Under the pieces are notes generated by a model. The model was given only the letters and a program-made list of their open reading frames with translations, ran no database searches and was not told the DNA's origin. A stretch of 62,863 bases of DNA, filler included, from Octopus bimaculoides (Eukaryota): NCBI RefSeq assembly GCF_001194135.2. It is 6 parts of 6 records of this genome, joined end to end, with 100 filler letters (N's around TTAATTAATTAA, not from the genome) between each part and the next. Parts side by side here need not be neighbours in the genome. Positions count along the whole stretch, not along the records: positions 1 to 30,831 come from NC_068992.1; 5 more parts are not named here. One strand, 5' to 3'. Made by a program: the position numbers and the translations under genes. This document shows positions 13,560-26,103 of the stretch, in pieces (the stretch's first letter is position 1; each line of letters begins with the position of its first letter).

Positions 13560-14720
13560 AGGTGTTTTATCTTGAGGTTCCGTGACAAGTCTACTCAAAT
13601 CTCAAGAATTTTTCTTAGGATTCTTGTAGAATATAAGATCGTACTTTTCTGCAAGTTTTAATTCCAATTCCTGTCAGTTTTTTAAGTAGCATTTTGGATG
13701 TTGTGCCAAGTGCACCTATTACTACGGGAGTAATTATTGTCTTGGTCTTCTATAATTTTCACAGCGCTCTGGCTAGATCCTCGTACTTTTCAACACTTTC
13801 AACATTTTTGGTATCGACTCCGTTATCATAGGGAATTGCAAAGTTTGTTATCTTATGCTGTTTCTTTATTTCCTCCTTTCTAACCATGTTTGGTCTTTTT
13901 GCCTCAGTAGTATGGTTAGTATTTCTGGGGAAGTCCCACAAGGTCTTGCAATTCTCATTTTGTATCACAGTCTCTAGTTTGTATTCATACCACTTTTCTA
14001 TTGGTTTGAAGGCACATACTTGTCTAACACACCAATGCGCTTTTTTACCTACACAGTCATGCCTGAGCTAGTACTACTTTTCTACTAGATTGCTGCACTG
14101 ACTCAAAATGTGATTGATACACTCGTCTCCGTTCTGCAGATTTTACATTTGCTCTTTGACTAAGTTTTGTTGACCTTTTCCTTTATGAAATTCGTTCTAA
14201 GGGCTTCCTCCTGAGTGTAAACAGTTTAACGTTTCTGTTTCTCATTTCAAGTTTCCATCAGTCAACGGAAAGTAATGGGCTTCACTTCCAGCATCTTAGC
14301 AGAGCCATTAGTAGGCCGGGAAAAATGCTTAGCGGCATTTCGTCCGTCTTCGCGTTCTGAGTTCAAATTCCACCCAGGTCCACTTTGCCTTTCACCCTTT
14401 CGGGGTAAAATAATTACCAGTGGAAATCTCTCAAATGGGAGGAATGATAAGACAGGCAATCTGTGTGAAAACATAAATTGGTCATGCAGTTCCACTTCTT
14501 TCCATTCGTTCCTTAAATCTCCTACTCTTTCAATCACATTTTGGATCAACCCAGTTATGAGCAGTAACAGCTGTCACCTTGAAAAATTATTATTTATATT
14601 TTGAAATTCTTCAACTTATTCTTTCCTTTCTGTTAGCTCTATTTTCCAGTGTTCTGTGCACTTTTAGAGTAAATTGAGAATATTATGTACTATTCCACAC
14701 ATTCCCAAGATTTTGTCTTT
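13560..14720 (-). mobile_element. R4/Dong-type (RLE clade) non-LTR retrotransposon 3' remnant, interrupted at about 14275-14465
   Basis: Minus strand gives EWKEVELHDQF, then TQEEALRTNFIK, the CCHC knuckle KCKICR..HILSQC, LRHDCVG, and the RLE domain LWDFPRNTNHTTEAKRPNMV...FAIPYD...KYEDLARAL. Stops and frameshifts present. Confidence 0.85.
14285..14420 (+). mobile_element. SINE family B fragment inserted in the R4/Dong remnant
   Basis: aaatgcttagcggcatttcgtccgtctt..gttctgagttcaaattcc...actttgcctttca.cctttcgggg, shared with the copies at 38290, 40768 and 54628. Confidence 0.8.
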
Positions 14721-15115
14721 TAAGAACGATGCATCATATAAAAGACTTTGCGATAGGCTACACTCACAATATTTAGCCCGAACGAATGCTTGTTACAATT
14801 TAGTATTATTATTAGAGAAAAAAAAGGTAATGTAAAAGGAGAAAGGGCTCTATACCCCTTTTTTATTTTTTCTGACCAGGCTCCCGTGGTTTTATGGGTT
14901 TTTCCACGTGTAACCTTTCCTTTTTCGAAGCGCCTCCCCCTTTGGGAGTTCTACTTATTTATTTATCTATTTATTTATTATATCTTTCTCCGTTTTCTTC
15001 CTGTTTAGACGAACTTTCCTACCTTTTCGGACAAAACCTTTTGTAACCTTCGTCCTGTCTTTGTCCTTATATGTTTTTAATTGATATTAGCCCTTGTGGC
15101 CAATTAAACGAATTA

Positions 15116-15166
<51 letters not shown>

Positions 15167-15167
15167 G

Positions 15168-15480
15168 AGTGAGAGAGCAGTGCATGCCATCAAAGTGACA
15201 CTGGGATAAAATATACGAAGCCCAGTATACCCATCATGACTACCCGTCGGATAAGGGTACACCAGGCACATGCATCACAACCATATGTACGCGACATGGT
15301 GATCTCATATCAAGATAAACAGCGCATGACCTTGCAGGTGGGGCCCAGTTAGAATTTTCTTCAGGTCGAGTAGTCCATCCCGCTCAAAAAATCTCTGAAT
15401 AAGGTTTGTTTAAGGATGTTGAGCAAAACATCTATGTTTCCAAAAGTGAATTATTCAAACCCCAAAGAATTCTCTGAGTT
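15168..15480 (+). mobile_element. interspersed repeat family D (LINE-tail or SINE-like)
   Basis: gagtgagagagcagtgcatgcc...gataagggtacaccag...ttttcttcaggtcgagtag; reverse-complement homologue at about 22050-22361. Confidence 0.75.
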
Positions 15481-16149
15481 AAAATTCCGTCCACCTCCAC
15501 TTTGTATTTCACTCTTTCGGGGTAAAATAAATACCACTTAAATACTAGGGTCGATGAAATTGACTTTCTCCCACCTACGAAATTGCTGGTCTTTTGCAAA
15601 AATTTGAAACCCTCCTCCCCCTCGTCCTCATCCTCCCCTACCCCTCCTTCCTCCCCTCCCCTCCTCTCCCTCCTCCCTCCACTCCCCTCCTACCATACCC
15701 CTCCCTCCTAATCACACTCCTCCTTTTCCCCCCCTCACCCTCATCAGTATTATTATTATTATTATTGTTGTTATTATTATTATTATTAGTAGTAGTAGTA
15801 GTAGCAGTAGTTGTAGTAGTAATAGTAGTAGTATTAGTTGGAGTAGAACTTATGATATCGTATTTACATCCTACACTCATAGCCATGTAAATGAGGGCGG
15901 CTTTTAATCTATTCTGTATCCCTGTGCAAAATGTTTTTTTTTTTTTTTGTATTTCTGGCATTGTTAGTATTCTTCCTATCAGTGCAGCTTCTGTATGCTT
16001 TATATTTTGTAAATTACTTTGTGTGCGTTTGTACCATTATGTATCGGCGTTTATGTGTGTGCATGTGTATGTGTAAGTGTATATATGTGTGCGTGTGTGT
16101 GCCTGTGTTTGTGTGAGTGATTGTTTGTTCAGGGAGTTTGTGACACTTT

Positions 16150-16540
16150 AAATTTCTATCGTACTTATCGCACAGATTGCCTGTCTTATCATTCCTCCCA
16201 TTTGGGAGATTTCCAAGTCTTCGTATTTGGGCAATTCTTCCGTTTGGTTTAGCGATATATTGTTGTCTGCTATGATTGATATGTCTAGCAGAAACATTTT
16301 ATTGCCCAGAAGACTTTCACTATAATATCTCGGTGATATGATTTTTATGATGTTATTTCACTGTCAGTGAAAGCCGGTATATTCCAAGGTATGGTTGCAG
16401 TTTATATTTAGACCGTTTTGTTTTATGCTTATGTGAGCTTTCTTCAGACATGAATAAATAACGTTGCAATTTCCAACAGTGAAGCATGTTTGCATGAAGA
16501 ATTGGCCATCCAGAAATATAGAGTCAAGGTTGCTGTTTCA
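16150..16540 (-). mobile_element. second RLE-clade LINE 3' remnant (restriction-like endonuclease)
   Basis: Minus strand reads MFLLDISIIADNNISLNQTEELPKYEDLEISQM, matching the RLE motif LIDISIP.D.N...KE.EK..KY.DL.IE. Confidence 0.7.
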
Positions 16541-16950
16541 AATACCACACGAACTACATTGTGATAAGAAGAATTCTTTTATTCTTTTACTTTATTAGGC
16601 ATTGGACTATGGTCATGCTGGGGTATCACCCTGCAGGATTTACTCAATCAAAATTACGCCAGTTTTTGTTCATTAAAAAGAAAAATTATATATTCTATTG
16701 GCCACTTCTGCCGCAAGCAAACAAAGCAACACAGTCTGTCAAGCGGAGTGGAGAGAACAAGAATGATACGTATGCCCACATACATATAAACACATAAATA
16801 TGCACACGCACACATTATGTGTGTGTATGTGTGTTTGTGTGTGTATATGTATGTATATAATATATATACATATACATGTATTTGTGTGTTTGTATGTGTA
16901 TATGTATATATAAATGTGTGTGTGTATAATGCTCTCTCGCTCTCTCTCAC

Positions 16951-16990
<40 letters not shown>

Positions 16991-17829
16991 AGCCTTCCAT
17001 ACAGTTTGCGTCTACCAAATCTATAAAATTCACTGCCAACGATTAACGAATTAGAGGGCCCACTCTCAGGTAAATAGAAGTCTCTCGCTCATGTTGCCTT
17101 ACAACGGGACTGAACCTGAAACCACGTTGTTGCAATTCTTATTAGAAAGCAGAATGAACCTCCAACTCCTTTATTCCTACTCTTAATCTTGATTTCTGAA
17201 TTTACGTTGAGCTCTTTTCTGTTTCTTTTTGTTCAATCATTTTATTTTTAGTTATATATAGTTTACGTGTAATTACCATAACATAGCAACTTGTAACATC
17301 CAATTCATTTTGTTTTATGAATTTTTGCTATTTAGTTGCAGCTTCATCAACAGAGTTGTCAGGCATTTTTGCTTCTGTTTTATGCCTTCTAGCATTCTTT
17401 AAGGCGGTACACAGTTTCCAACGTATTTACGTTAGCTATATTTATTCTCTATCAGATATATTTTTAATCCTACAGAAGCAATTTATAATAATTTTCTAAC
17501 TGAAGTAAACTACTACTTCTTCCCAACATTTGCTACAATGACGTACAAAATGCCATGTAGTATTTACTTAATCCCTTTTACAGTTCCTGTTTATAACTTA
17601 TTAGGATCGATCAGCTTCACTTTCTGTTTTGTATCACAGTTGAAGAAAATAAGAAGCAACTAAATTCTAGGTTCAACCAAATCACCACCTTAGAAACAAT
17701 ATCCTACATCGTTGAAAATGCGGATGATTGAAATTTCACCTTGTCCTCATCCGCCTCTATTAGTAAAATAGTAGTAATAGTAATATTAGTATTATTAATG
17801 ATACTACTACTAATAATAATAATGATCGT

Positions 17830-18010
17830 AATTTTTGGCACAAGGCCAGCAATTTTAGCGTTGCGGGTAAACCAATGACATCGATTCCAGCGCTCCAATG
17901 TTGCTCATTTTCCCGACCTTGAAAACGTGTAAAGCAAAGTCGACCCGGCTGGAATTTGTATTCAAAACATACTGACAGACGAAATACCACTAAACATCAT
18001 ACTACCGATT
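17830..18010 (-). mobile_element. SINE family B copy
   Basis: Reverse complement reads gctgtcagaatcggtag...tttcgtctgtc...caaattccagccgggtcgactttgcttt. Confidence 0.7.
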
Positions 18011-18034
18011 CTGACAGCTTGTTGCCTTACTACA

Positions 18035-18245
18035 CTTTACTCTTTTACTTGTTTCAGTCATTTGACTGTGGCCAGGCTGGAGCACCGCCTTTAGTCGAGC
18101 AAATCGACCCCAGGACTTATTCTTCGTAAGTCTAGTACTTATTCTATCGGTCTATTTTGCCAAACCGCTGTTACGGAGACGTCAACACACCAATATCGGT
18201 TGTCAAGCAATGTTCGGCGGATCAAACACAGACACACAAACATAT

Positions 18246-18294
<49 letters not shown>

Positions 18295-18490
18295 TACACA
18301 CACACACACACACATATATATATACATATATACGACGGGCTTCTTTCAGTTTCCGAAAACCATATCCACTCACAAGGCTTTGGTCGGCCCGAGGCTATAG
18401 TAGAAAATAATTGCCCAAGATGCCACGCAGTGAGACTGAACCCGGAACCATGTGGTTGGTAAGCCAGCTACTTACCACACAGCCACTCCT
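18035..18490 (-). mobile_element. SINE family A, near full length, with internal (CA)n
   Basis: Reverse complement of aggagtggctgtgtggtaagtagctggcttaccaaccacatggttccgggttcagtctcactgcgtggcatcttgggcaa...gaaacaagtaaaagagtaaa. Confidence 0.9.
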
Positions 18491-18528
18491 TGTACTGTTA
18501 CTAATAATAATTTTTTTCCGTCCTAGCA

Positions 18529-20004
18529 CAGTGGTTCCCAACGAATTTTTGGCCATGCCCCATTGAATCATTTCTAAAATCCTGATATTTAACTTTTGTT
18601 ATTCAAAATTTGGTTAATGTTTACAATATTACCCGGAAACAAAATAAAAAAAAAAATTAAATAGTTAAAATAGTAAATGTAAACAAAATATGTAGGAAAC
18701 GAATAGGAAAAAAATTCGCAGAAAGTAAACGGGTGGTTGGAGGAAAGAAGACTTCGGAAAATGTTGTTTTTAAATGAAGTTTTATATAAATACATTTCAA
18801 ACGGCATAGATTACGATTATAGAGAAATTTGTGGGAAAATCTTTTCGAAGGAGTGGGGAGAGGACTTCAGAATATTCACAAGATCCGAGTTTTTCTGCCA
18901 TAACTTAGTGACCGCTTATGGTGGATAACTGGTATAACTTTAAATTTTAAATATTCCTCTGAATATTCACGAACTTTCTTTTACTTGCACAACTCATTTT
19001 ATGTATTTTTGAATCAAACACGAAGAGATTTCATTTCAAGAAAATTTTTTCAACAATTTCTTCAAAAAGATTTTAGTATAAAATTTCGGAAATATGAAAA
19101 TGAAACAAAAAAATTTCCGTGATTCTTCTCAGCTGCAAAAGCCTTTTTATCAACGATGGAAGTTTTTTCTTACCTTTTTGCTGAATTCACAAACTGATTA
19201 GTGGGAATAAAATGACCTGTTAATTTTCTACTCTGTTCATATATATACGCACGCGCGCGCGTGTATATGTGCGTTACAAGTACCATAAATTTCTCTCTCT
19301 ATCTATCTATCTGCCTGTCTTTCTGCTTGCCTGTCTCTCTCTCTCTCTGTCTTTTTTTTTCTCTCTCTCTCTGCCACTTTCTCTTCCTTCACTGACGCTA
19401 CATTCTTCCACATCATTCCACATCATTCAATTCTTTCATCCCTCACCCCAACGCCATTTATTGCCCCATCAACACTCTGCAGCACCACATTTTTTATGTG
19501 TACCTAGATTTTCGTCGCCAGAGATAAAAGAGTCAATATCTGCACTCATGAGTCTGTCTCTAGTTTATTTCTCCATAGGGAATTAAGATGGCATTACTTT
19601 CAGTACTGACCAGTTCTATACTACACACACGCAAGCGCGCGCACACCCACACGCGCGCGCACCCCCCCACACATACCTACATGTTTTCACATACCACTAA
19701 ATCGAAGGAAATGATCTATTCCCTCCTTATTGACATCAGATCTTATGAATATGTTGAAAAGCACCTGTTCCCTCTAAAGTGTCCAAAATTTGATAAAATT
19801 GTTCACAGAAGAGATGTAAAGAATTCTTTTTTTAATAACTCATTCTCGAATTGCCCCCTTTCTCTATTGGTATACTAAACATTGTGTACAAAAGGTACAC
19901 ATTCAACATAACCCTACGCATGCCTCACCATAATATTACCATGCCCCACCAAAATATTACCGTGCCCTACCAGTGGGTCATGCACCCCACGTTGGGAATC
20001 ACGG
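18529..20004. mobile_element. non-autonomous hAT (Charlie/MER5-type) element
   Basis: Left TIR cagtggttcccaac (18529) and right gttgggaatcacgg (19991-20004, 12/14 match). Flanking 8-mers tcctagca and ccctaggg share the cctag core typical of Charlie target sites. Confidence 0.55.
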
Positions 20005-21265
20005 CCCTAGGGACATCAAGTGGAGGGCGAAAGCATGCACAGTTTACAATCTGTGAGGAATTTACACAAAAGAGATGAAGAAAAAGCGAAGTCGTGGAAA
20101 TGAGATAAGAGATATGCATAGTACACAGAATATTTGAATGCATTATCGTTACTGTTCTAAACTATTGCCAATCGATCACACATCCAAAATCACTCTACTC
20201 TCACTGCCACGAGTCCTCATTGAACTGCTGCTGTGCAGTATACGGGTGCATACAAAAACAAGCCTCTCGTCAGGAAGCTCCAAAGTAAGGTGTCGAATTT
20301 CTTGCAATTTATTCGTGTCGAGATAATTGAGTATAACTACCTTTAGATTATATTCATATTATAAAATTGTAAAACTGCACCATCGTCACATTTATCTACT
20401 ATAACATCTTTTTCATGAACACCGTCATCAATAACATTGTAATGAAGTAGCTTTATTCATTACAAAACGGTTACTATTATTGATGTTGTTCTCAAGCTTG
20501 TGCTTTATCTTCAGTAACAGTCTTATGAAATGGATATAAATTAGAAAGTAAATGATTGTCTGAGAATTCAATGATAATGAGACAAAATATAGCAAACTCT
20601 AAAATACTAATTATATAGCCATATTTGATTTCAAAACTCTCTGATTCTTTAATAATATAACGAAACCTTACTACTCAAGCAATGTTTCAAGGATCAGATA
20701 TTCACTAAATTACATTCCTGTCGTTAATTTTAAGTCAAGTAAAATGTTTTATATTTGAAAATTAGTCCAGTGAAATACGTATTGACTACCTTGTTTCAGA
20801 TGTTCAACATTTTTCAATAGAACGGCTTTAATCATGGGTAAATTTTGCTGAATACTAAATGAGGACTTTCCTTATTACGTAGTGGCTTGCATAGGGTTTC
20901 AGTTACGCTCTGATGTAACATCGTTACATCGCTTATACAATCCTCGAATCTTTTGCCGGAGTAAATTGTAGTTTATACAAACTGTATGCTTTGAGTTAGG
21001 TGGAATGAGCTAAGAAATGTAAAACATTTCAGAAATGCTCGCAGTTTAGCCCCTCAAACGCAATTTCGTCTTTCGGCTCTGTGGTACGTACCTTCTTCAT
21101 TTTACCAAGAGCAATACAGTAACGATTATAATATATCACAAACAGGAAAAATGAAAATAAATGTACAGCAGTAATGACATGTTTGAAACGACAAAAACAA
21201 GTTCACAAAGTAATATCATAACTTTTGAATGCTTAACATAAAACAATGCATAAAAATCTACTTAC

Positions 21266-21562
21266 TTCCCGAACTATTATGTACCTTAACATCAATAGTA
21301 ATGGACGCTTTGTTGGGCGTACGGCAGACGTACACACCTCCATCCTCTAACCGACTGTTTTCAATTCTTAATGAACTGACTGTAACTTTATCTGCCGATG
21401 TATATTTAGTTGTCAAAATTCGATTGTCTCGATTCGAATATATCTTAGTGCCTTCTTTATACCAGTTAATATCACGAGACCGGCTGTCACCTCCTGATGA
21501 GTTACACATCAAAGAAATCGCAGAACCTCGTGTGACAGAACTGCTTCCCGATATCGTGAGAA
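21266..21562 (-). CDS. internal exon encoding a complete Ig-like domain of a Dpr/DIP/zig-8-like IgSF cell-surface protein
   Basis: Acceptor ttatttttgtattattctcttacag| at 21563 and donor |gtaagt at 21265; 297 nt, phase 1-1. Translation (V)LTISGSSSVTRGSAISLMCNSSGGDSRSRDINWYKEGTKIYSNRDNRILTTKYTSADKVTVSSLRIENSRLEDGGVYVCRTPNKASITIDVKVHNSSG has the B-strand Cys, C-strand Trp (WYK), L.I and DxGxYxC. Family assignment is from resemblance only. Confidence 0.92.
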
Positions 21563-21617
21563 CTGTAAGAGAATAATACAAAAATAAGTTGATTGATGTC
21601 AAATATTGCATTAATTA

Positions 21618-21665
21618 TAATAACGATGATAATAATTTTAATGACGATGACCATGATGATGGTGA

Positions 21666-21716
<51 letters not shown>

Positions 21717-21763
21717 TGATGATGATGATGATGATGATGATGACGATGATGATGATGATGATG

Positions 21764-21809
<46 letters not shown>

Positions 21810-21832
21810 TAACAACAACAACAACAACAATA
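21618..21832. repeat. compound triplet microsatellite (GAT/GAC/AAT/AAC)
   Basis: Direct reading; begins about 55 nt into the intron upstream of the Ig exon acceptor. Confidence 0.95.
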
Positions 21833-21849
21833 AATGTCCTGATGCAGTG

Positions 21850-22361
21850 CCAGGCAGTGGCTGTCTGTTATCATGTACATGTTATGTCTTGGTATAAAAG
21901 ATGGGCTTCAGCAAATATTCTGGTCAGTACCAGATTTCCTTGTCAGCTGCTTGACCTTAGCCGGTTGAATATGTCACTTAGCGGCTGACGATATTGTGCA
22001 TCTCTGATCACGAGCAGAGGTAGTGCGAAGCATCATAGCCATGTATTGAGAGGAATTCTGTGGGGTTTGAATATTTCACTACTGGAAACCTGAGTGTTTC
22101 GTTCAACATCGTTTAAAAAACCCTTATGCGGGGACCTTTAGAGCACCATGGGCTACTCGACCTGAAGAAAATTACTAACTGGTCTCAGCCTGCAAGGTTA
22201 TGCGTTTTGTATCTTGATGTGAAATCGCCATGTCGCACACATATGGTTTTGATGCACGTGTCTGGTGTACCCTTATCAGACGGGTAGACGTGATGGTTAT
22301 ACTGGGCTCTGTATATTTGTACCGTCGTATCACTTTCAAGGCATGCGCTGCTCTCTCACTC
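21850..22361 (-). mobile_element. interspersed repeat family D, longer copy, inverted relative to 15168-15480
   Basis: 22050-22361 is the reverse-complement homologue of 15168-15480 (ctactcgacctgaagaaaat, tggtgtacccttatc, gcatgc.ctgctctctcactc). Membership of 21850-22050 is from recall of the family, not from an internal alignment. Confidence 0.75.
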
Positions 22362-22423
<62 letters not shown>

Positions 22424-23131
22424 AGATGAATAACCCATAATTATGTTTACGTATAATGATAACAAAACATTGATTAATAATTAAGCGACAATTGGATGAC
22501 ATGCAGCACATGTTTAGCGGAAATTCCTTTATAGTTCAAGTTAAAATATAATCAATGCTGAATCTATCATCCCTATTGACTCACAGGTGCCATGAGATTA
22601 ATTAAAAAATACTTTTTTTAATCTGTTATTAATCGCAAAAATTAAGTACATTTGAAACTATGCCTCCAGAACGTGGTTTTCAAAAACTAGATTTCATTGA
22701 AAGAAAGAAAAAACTGTTGGGCACTTACACAAAATACGCGGCGAAATATGTTCATAATACAATAAACAATTTACGGAGAAGCATACATATACTTATATTT
22801 GTTATTAAACACATACGCTGCACAGACACAATGCGTGTGATTGTGAGTTTGTTTGTGTGTGCCTGTGTGTGTATGTGTGTGCGTGTGTGTTGTATGTGTC
22901 AAGTTTAATTGCGTTTATCTGCATTACAGCCCGTCTTGGATTTCCCTTGTAGCAACTTTTGACGCCGTGGACATAGTCCTGGATGAAGAATTCGGAGTTT
23001 AAGTTTCAATTCATTCGAGCACTACAACGGTTTTTCCATACTGAGCATTTCCAGTTTTTATCTATTGTGTGTGTGTACATATTTGTAAGTACCTACATAC
23101 ATATATACATAATACCTACATACACCCCCTC

Positions 23132-23168
<37 letters not shown>

Positions 23169-23428
23169 NNNNNNNNNNNNNNNNNNNNNNNNNNNNNNNN
23201 NNNNNNNNNNNNNNNNNNNNNNNNNNNNNNNNNNNNNNNNNNNNNNNNNNNNNNNNNNNNNNNNNNNNNNNNNNNNNNNNNNNNNNNNNNNNNNNNNNNN
23301 NNNNNNNNNNNNNNNNNNNNNNNNNNNNNNNNNNNNNNNNNNNNNNNNNNNNNNNNNNNNNNNNNNNNNNNNNNNNNNNNNNNNNNNNNNNNNNNNNNNN
23401 NNNNNNNNNNNNNNNNNNNNNNNNNNNN

Positions 23429-23478
<50 letters not shown>

Positions 23479-24199
23479 GTGCACTTCTTTTAGTTTAGCT
23501 CTAGCAAATCTTCTCACAAAGCTTTGGTCGTCCCGGAGATTACTACATGCTCAAAATGCCATGCAGTGGGACTGAACCCGGAAACATGTAATTGAAAAGT
23601 AAATTTCTTATCACACAGACACCCATCACACATACTGTCTCTTCCTCCCCCCACCTCTCTCTCTCTCTCTTATACATTGCATATTAACTGTATAAGAAGA
23701 GTAATCATTATAGAAAACTAACAAAGTAACTAAAACTTCGGTGCGAAAATCGGAAGTCTACATATGCAAAACGCTTGCTGAGCTGACAATGAGTGTAAAG
23801 AAGGAAACTGTGAAAATTAGTAAAAACATTAACTAAAAATGTATCTACAAAATCCTATATGGTCGAAAGGACAATCCGTATGAAATCATTACCAGAAAAT
23901 ATCTGAACGGAGTGACAGTTGATAGAAAATATTTAAGTAGATGCTCTGACACGAAGGAATACAAACTTAGAACAGAGGAGTCTTGGCTGTGGCACAGAAT
24001 CAAGGCTTCTTTTTTTTCTTTTTTTACAAGAAAAGAAATCAAATACACTATGTAAAAGTGATATATGAAAAGGTTTGAAGAAACAGTTAACCTAATTTTC
24101 TCTATCAAATCTCTTTACCGAAGAGACAATAAATCAAACGACAAGTCCTTGATAGGAAGATAATGAAATAGCTACAGAAATAGACAATATAGACAAGCA

Positions 24200-25250
24200 T
24201 CGTGATATCTTTCAAAGAATGATAAAGAGACGATAATCCGGGATATGCTGATCAGCACTGGCGGGGTGACGCGGGCTAAACATTTGGTTCGATCTCCCCA
24301 GTAAACGATAATTTCTAAAAGAAATGAGGAAATAACCAAACCATATCTTAAAACAAAGATCAGCAGACTGTGTAGGTTGAAGCGAAAATATTAATTCCAG
24401 TGATGATAATGTAATTTGGAAATGATTAAAAATGATACAGACAAATTCGCTAACATGAATTAAACATATAAACGTGTACAATATACAGAAAATACCAATT
24501 AAATGTTGCACACATATTTGATAGTTTCAATACATGAAGAAATAGAAAATCACAAAGCAAAAGCGCGCAGAAATTTGTTTCGAAGTTCAGCGAAGGCGCT
24601 GATTGGAACTACTACGACTGTTGAAGAAAAATTAAAAGGTATGATATACAGTAAGAATTAAAAATAAGTTTTGGTTAAAAGACAGACGGAAAAATAAAAA
24701 ATAAAAATCTATCCTATCATGACTTCGCAGAAACAAACACTTGATATATTGCAATCTAAAAGAACTATTGACAGACTCTGGCGAGATGTAAATAGAGGAA
24801 ACACTGTGTAATATAGCAGCCTTCTAGAAAACGAATGTGAAAAGACAAAAAAAAAAAAAAGGACAAAAGAGCAAAATAGGGACTGTGGATAAAAAGAAGA
24901 TAAAAATAGTAACAATCACACCGCAGGTTTCTTATTCAATACTATTGTAGAATTTCTTTATGAAACGTTGAATACACGATAGAAAGCAGGAAATGAGACA
25001 TGACCATTATAGTAGAGACAATGCCCATTGTGTAATAGTCGAAGTAAATGAAACAAAGGAACCTGAAAAGAATCGAGGACATTCTAAGATACGTGATTGA
25101 ACGTGTACCCTAACGACACTTGAACAGTGAAACCGATACAAACACAGCTGTTGAAAAGACTAAGATATATATTGGGAATGAGTTCTAGAACCCTGCCTTT
25201 CGTGAACTTGATAGAACGATTCTTGAATTAGCTAAGGATAATAAAAGCAG
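24200..25250 (+). mobile_element. decayed retroelement ORF (Penelope-like N-terminal region?)
   Basis: Coding-like A-rich fragments (KARRNLFRSSAKALIG; FRELDRTILELAKD) with many stops. Confidence 0.3.
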
Positions 25251-25305
25251 CAGCGTAACAACAACAAGAACAACAACAGCAGCAGCAGCAGCAGCAACAA
25301 CAACT

Positions 25306-25338
<33 letters not shown>

Positions 25339-25451
25339 GTAGCAGCAGCAAGAGCAAGAACAATACTAATAAAGAGGGACTCTACTCCGAAGACGACGTA
25401 TGAATTTTCACATTTTACCGAATTACCTGCACAAATTATTTGGTTATAATG

Positions 25452-25850
25452 AGGAGTGGCTGTGTGGTAAGTAGCTTGCTTACCAACTACATGGTTCCGG
25501 GTTCAATCCCACTGCGTGGCATCTTGGGCAAGTGACTTCCACTATAGCGTCGGGCCGACCAAAGCCTTGTGAGTGGATCTGGTAGACGGAAACTGAAAAA
25601 AAGCCCGTCGTATATATGTATATATATATGCGTGTGTGTGTGTGTGCTTGTGTGTCTGTGTTTGTCCCCATAGCATTGCTTGACAACCGATGCTGTTGTC
25701 AAAAGTTCGGCAAAAGAGACCGATAGAATAAGTACTAGGCTTACAAAGAATAAGCTGTGGGGCCGATTTGCTCGACTAAAGGCGATGCTCCAGCATGGCC
25801 ACAGTCAAATGACTGCAACAAGTAAAAGAGTAAAAGAGTAAAAGAGTAAA
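25452..25850 (+). mobile_element. SINE family A, near full length
   Basis: aggagtggctgtgtggtaagtagcttgcttaccaac...ggttccgggttcaatcccactgcgtgg (A/B-box-like head) and a (taaaagag)n tail. Confidence 0.9.
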
Positions 25851-26103
25851 TGCATGTGCCATACATTCCGTCACTCCGTCCATTAAATCCACGTTACCTG
25901 AACAGGTACACAGTGTACCATATGGCAGGTGTCGAAGTGATCGCAATGCAACGTGAGATGAAATGTTTTGCTCAAGATCACAACGCACTACCCGGTCAAG
26001 TTATTGAAACCAAGATATAAACGGCTACTATTTCGAAAGATATGGCTTTTTGTTGCTGGTCATGTCTAACGCAACGAACTTGTTTTCTGAGTCCATAAGT
26101 CAC

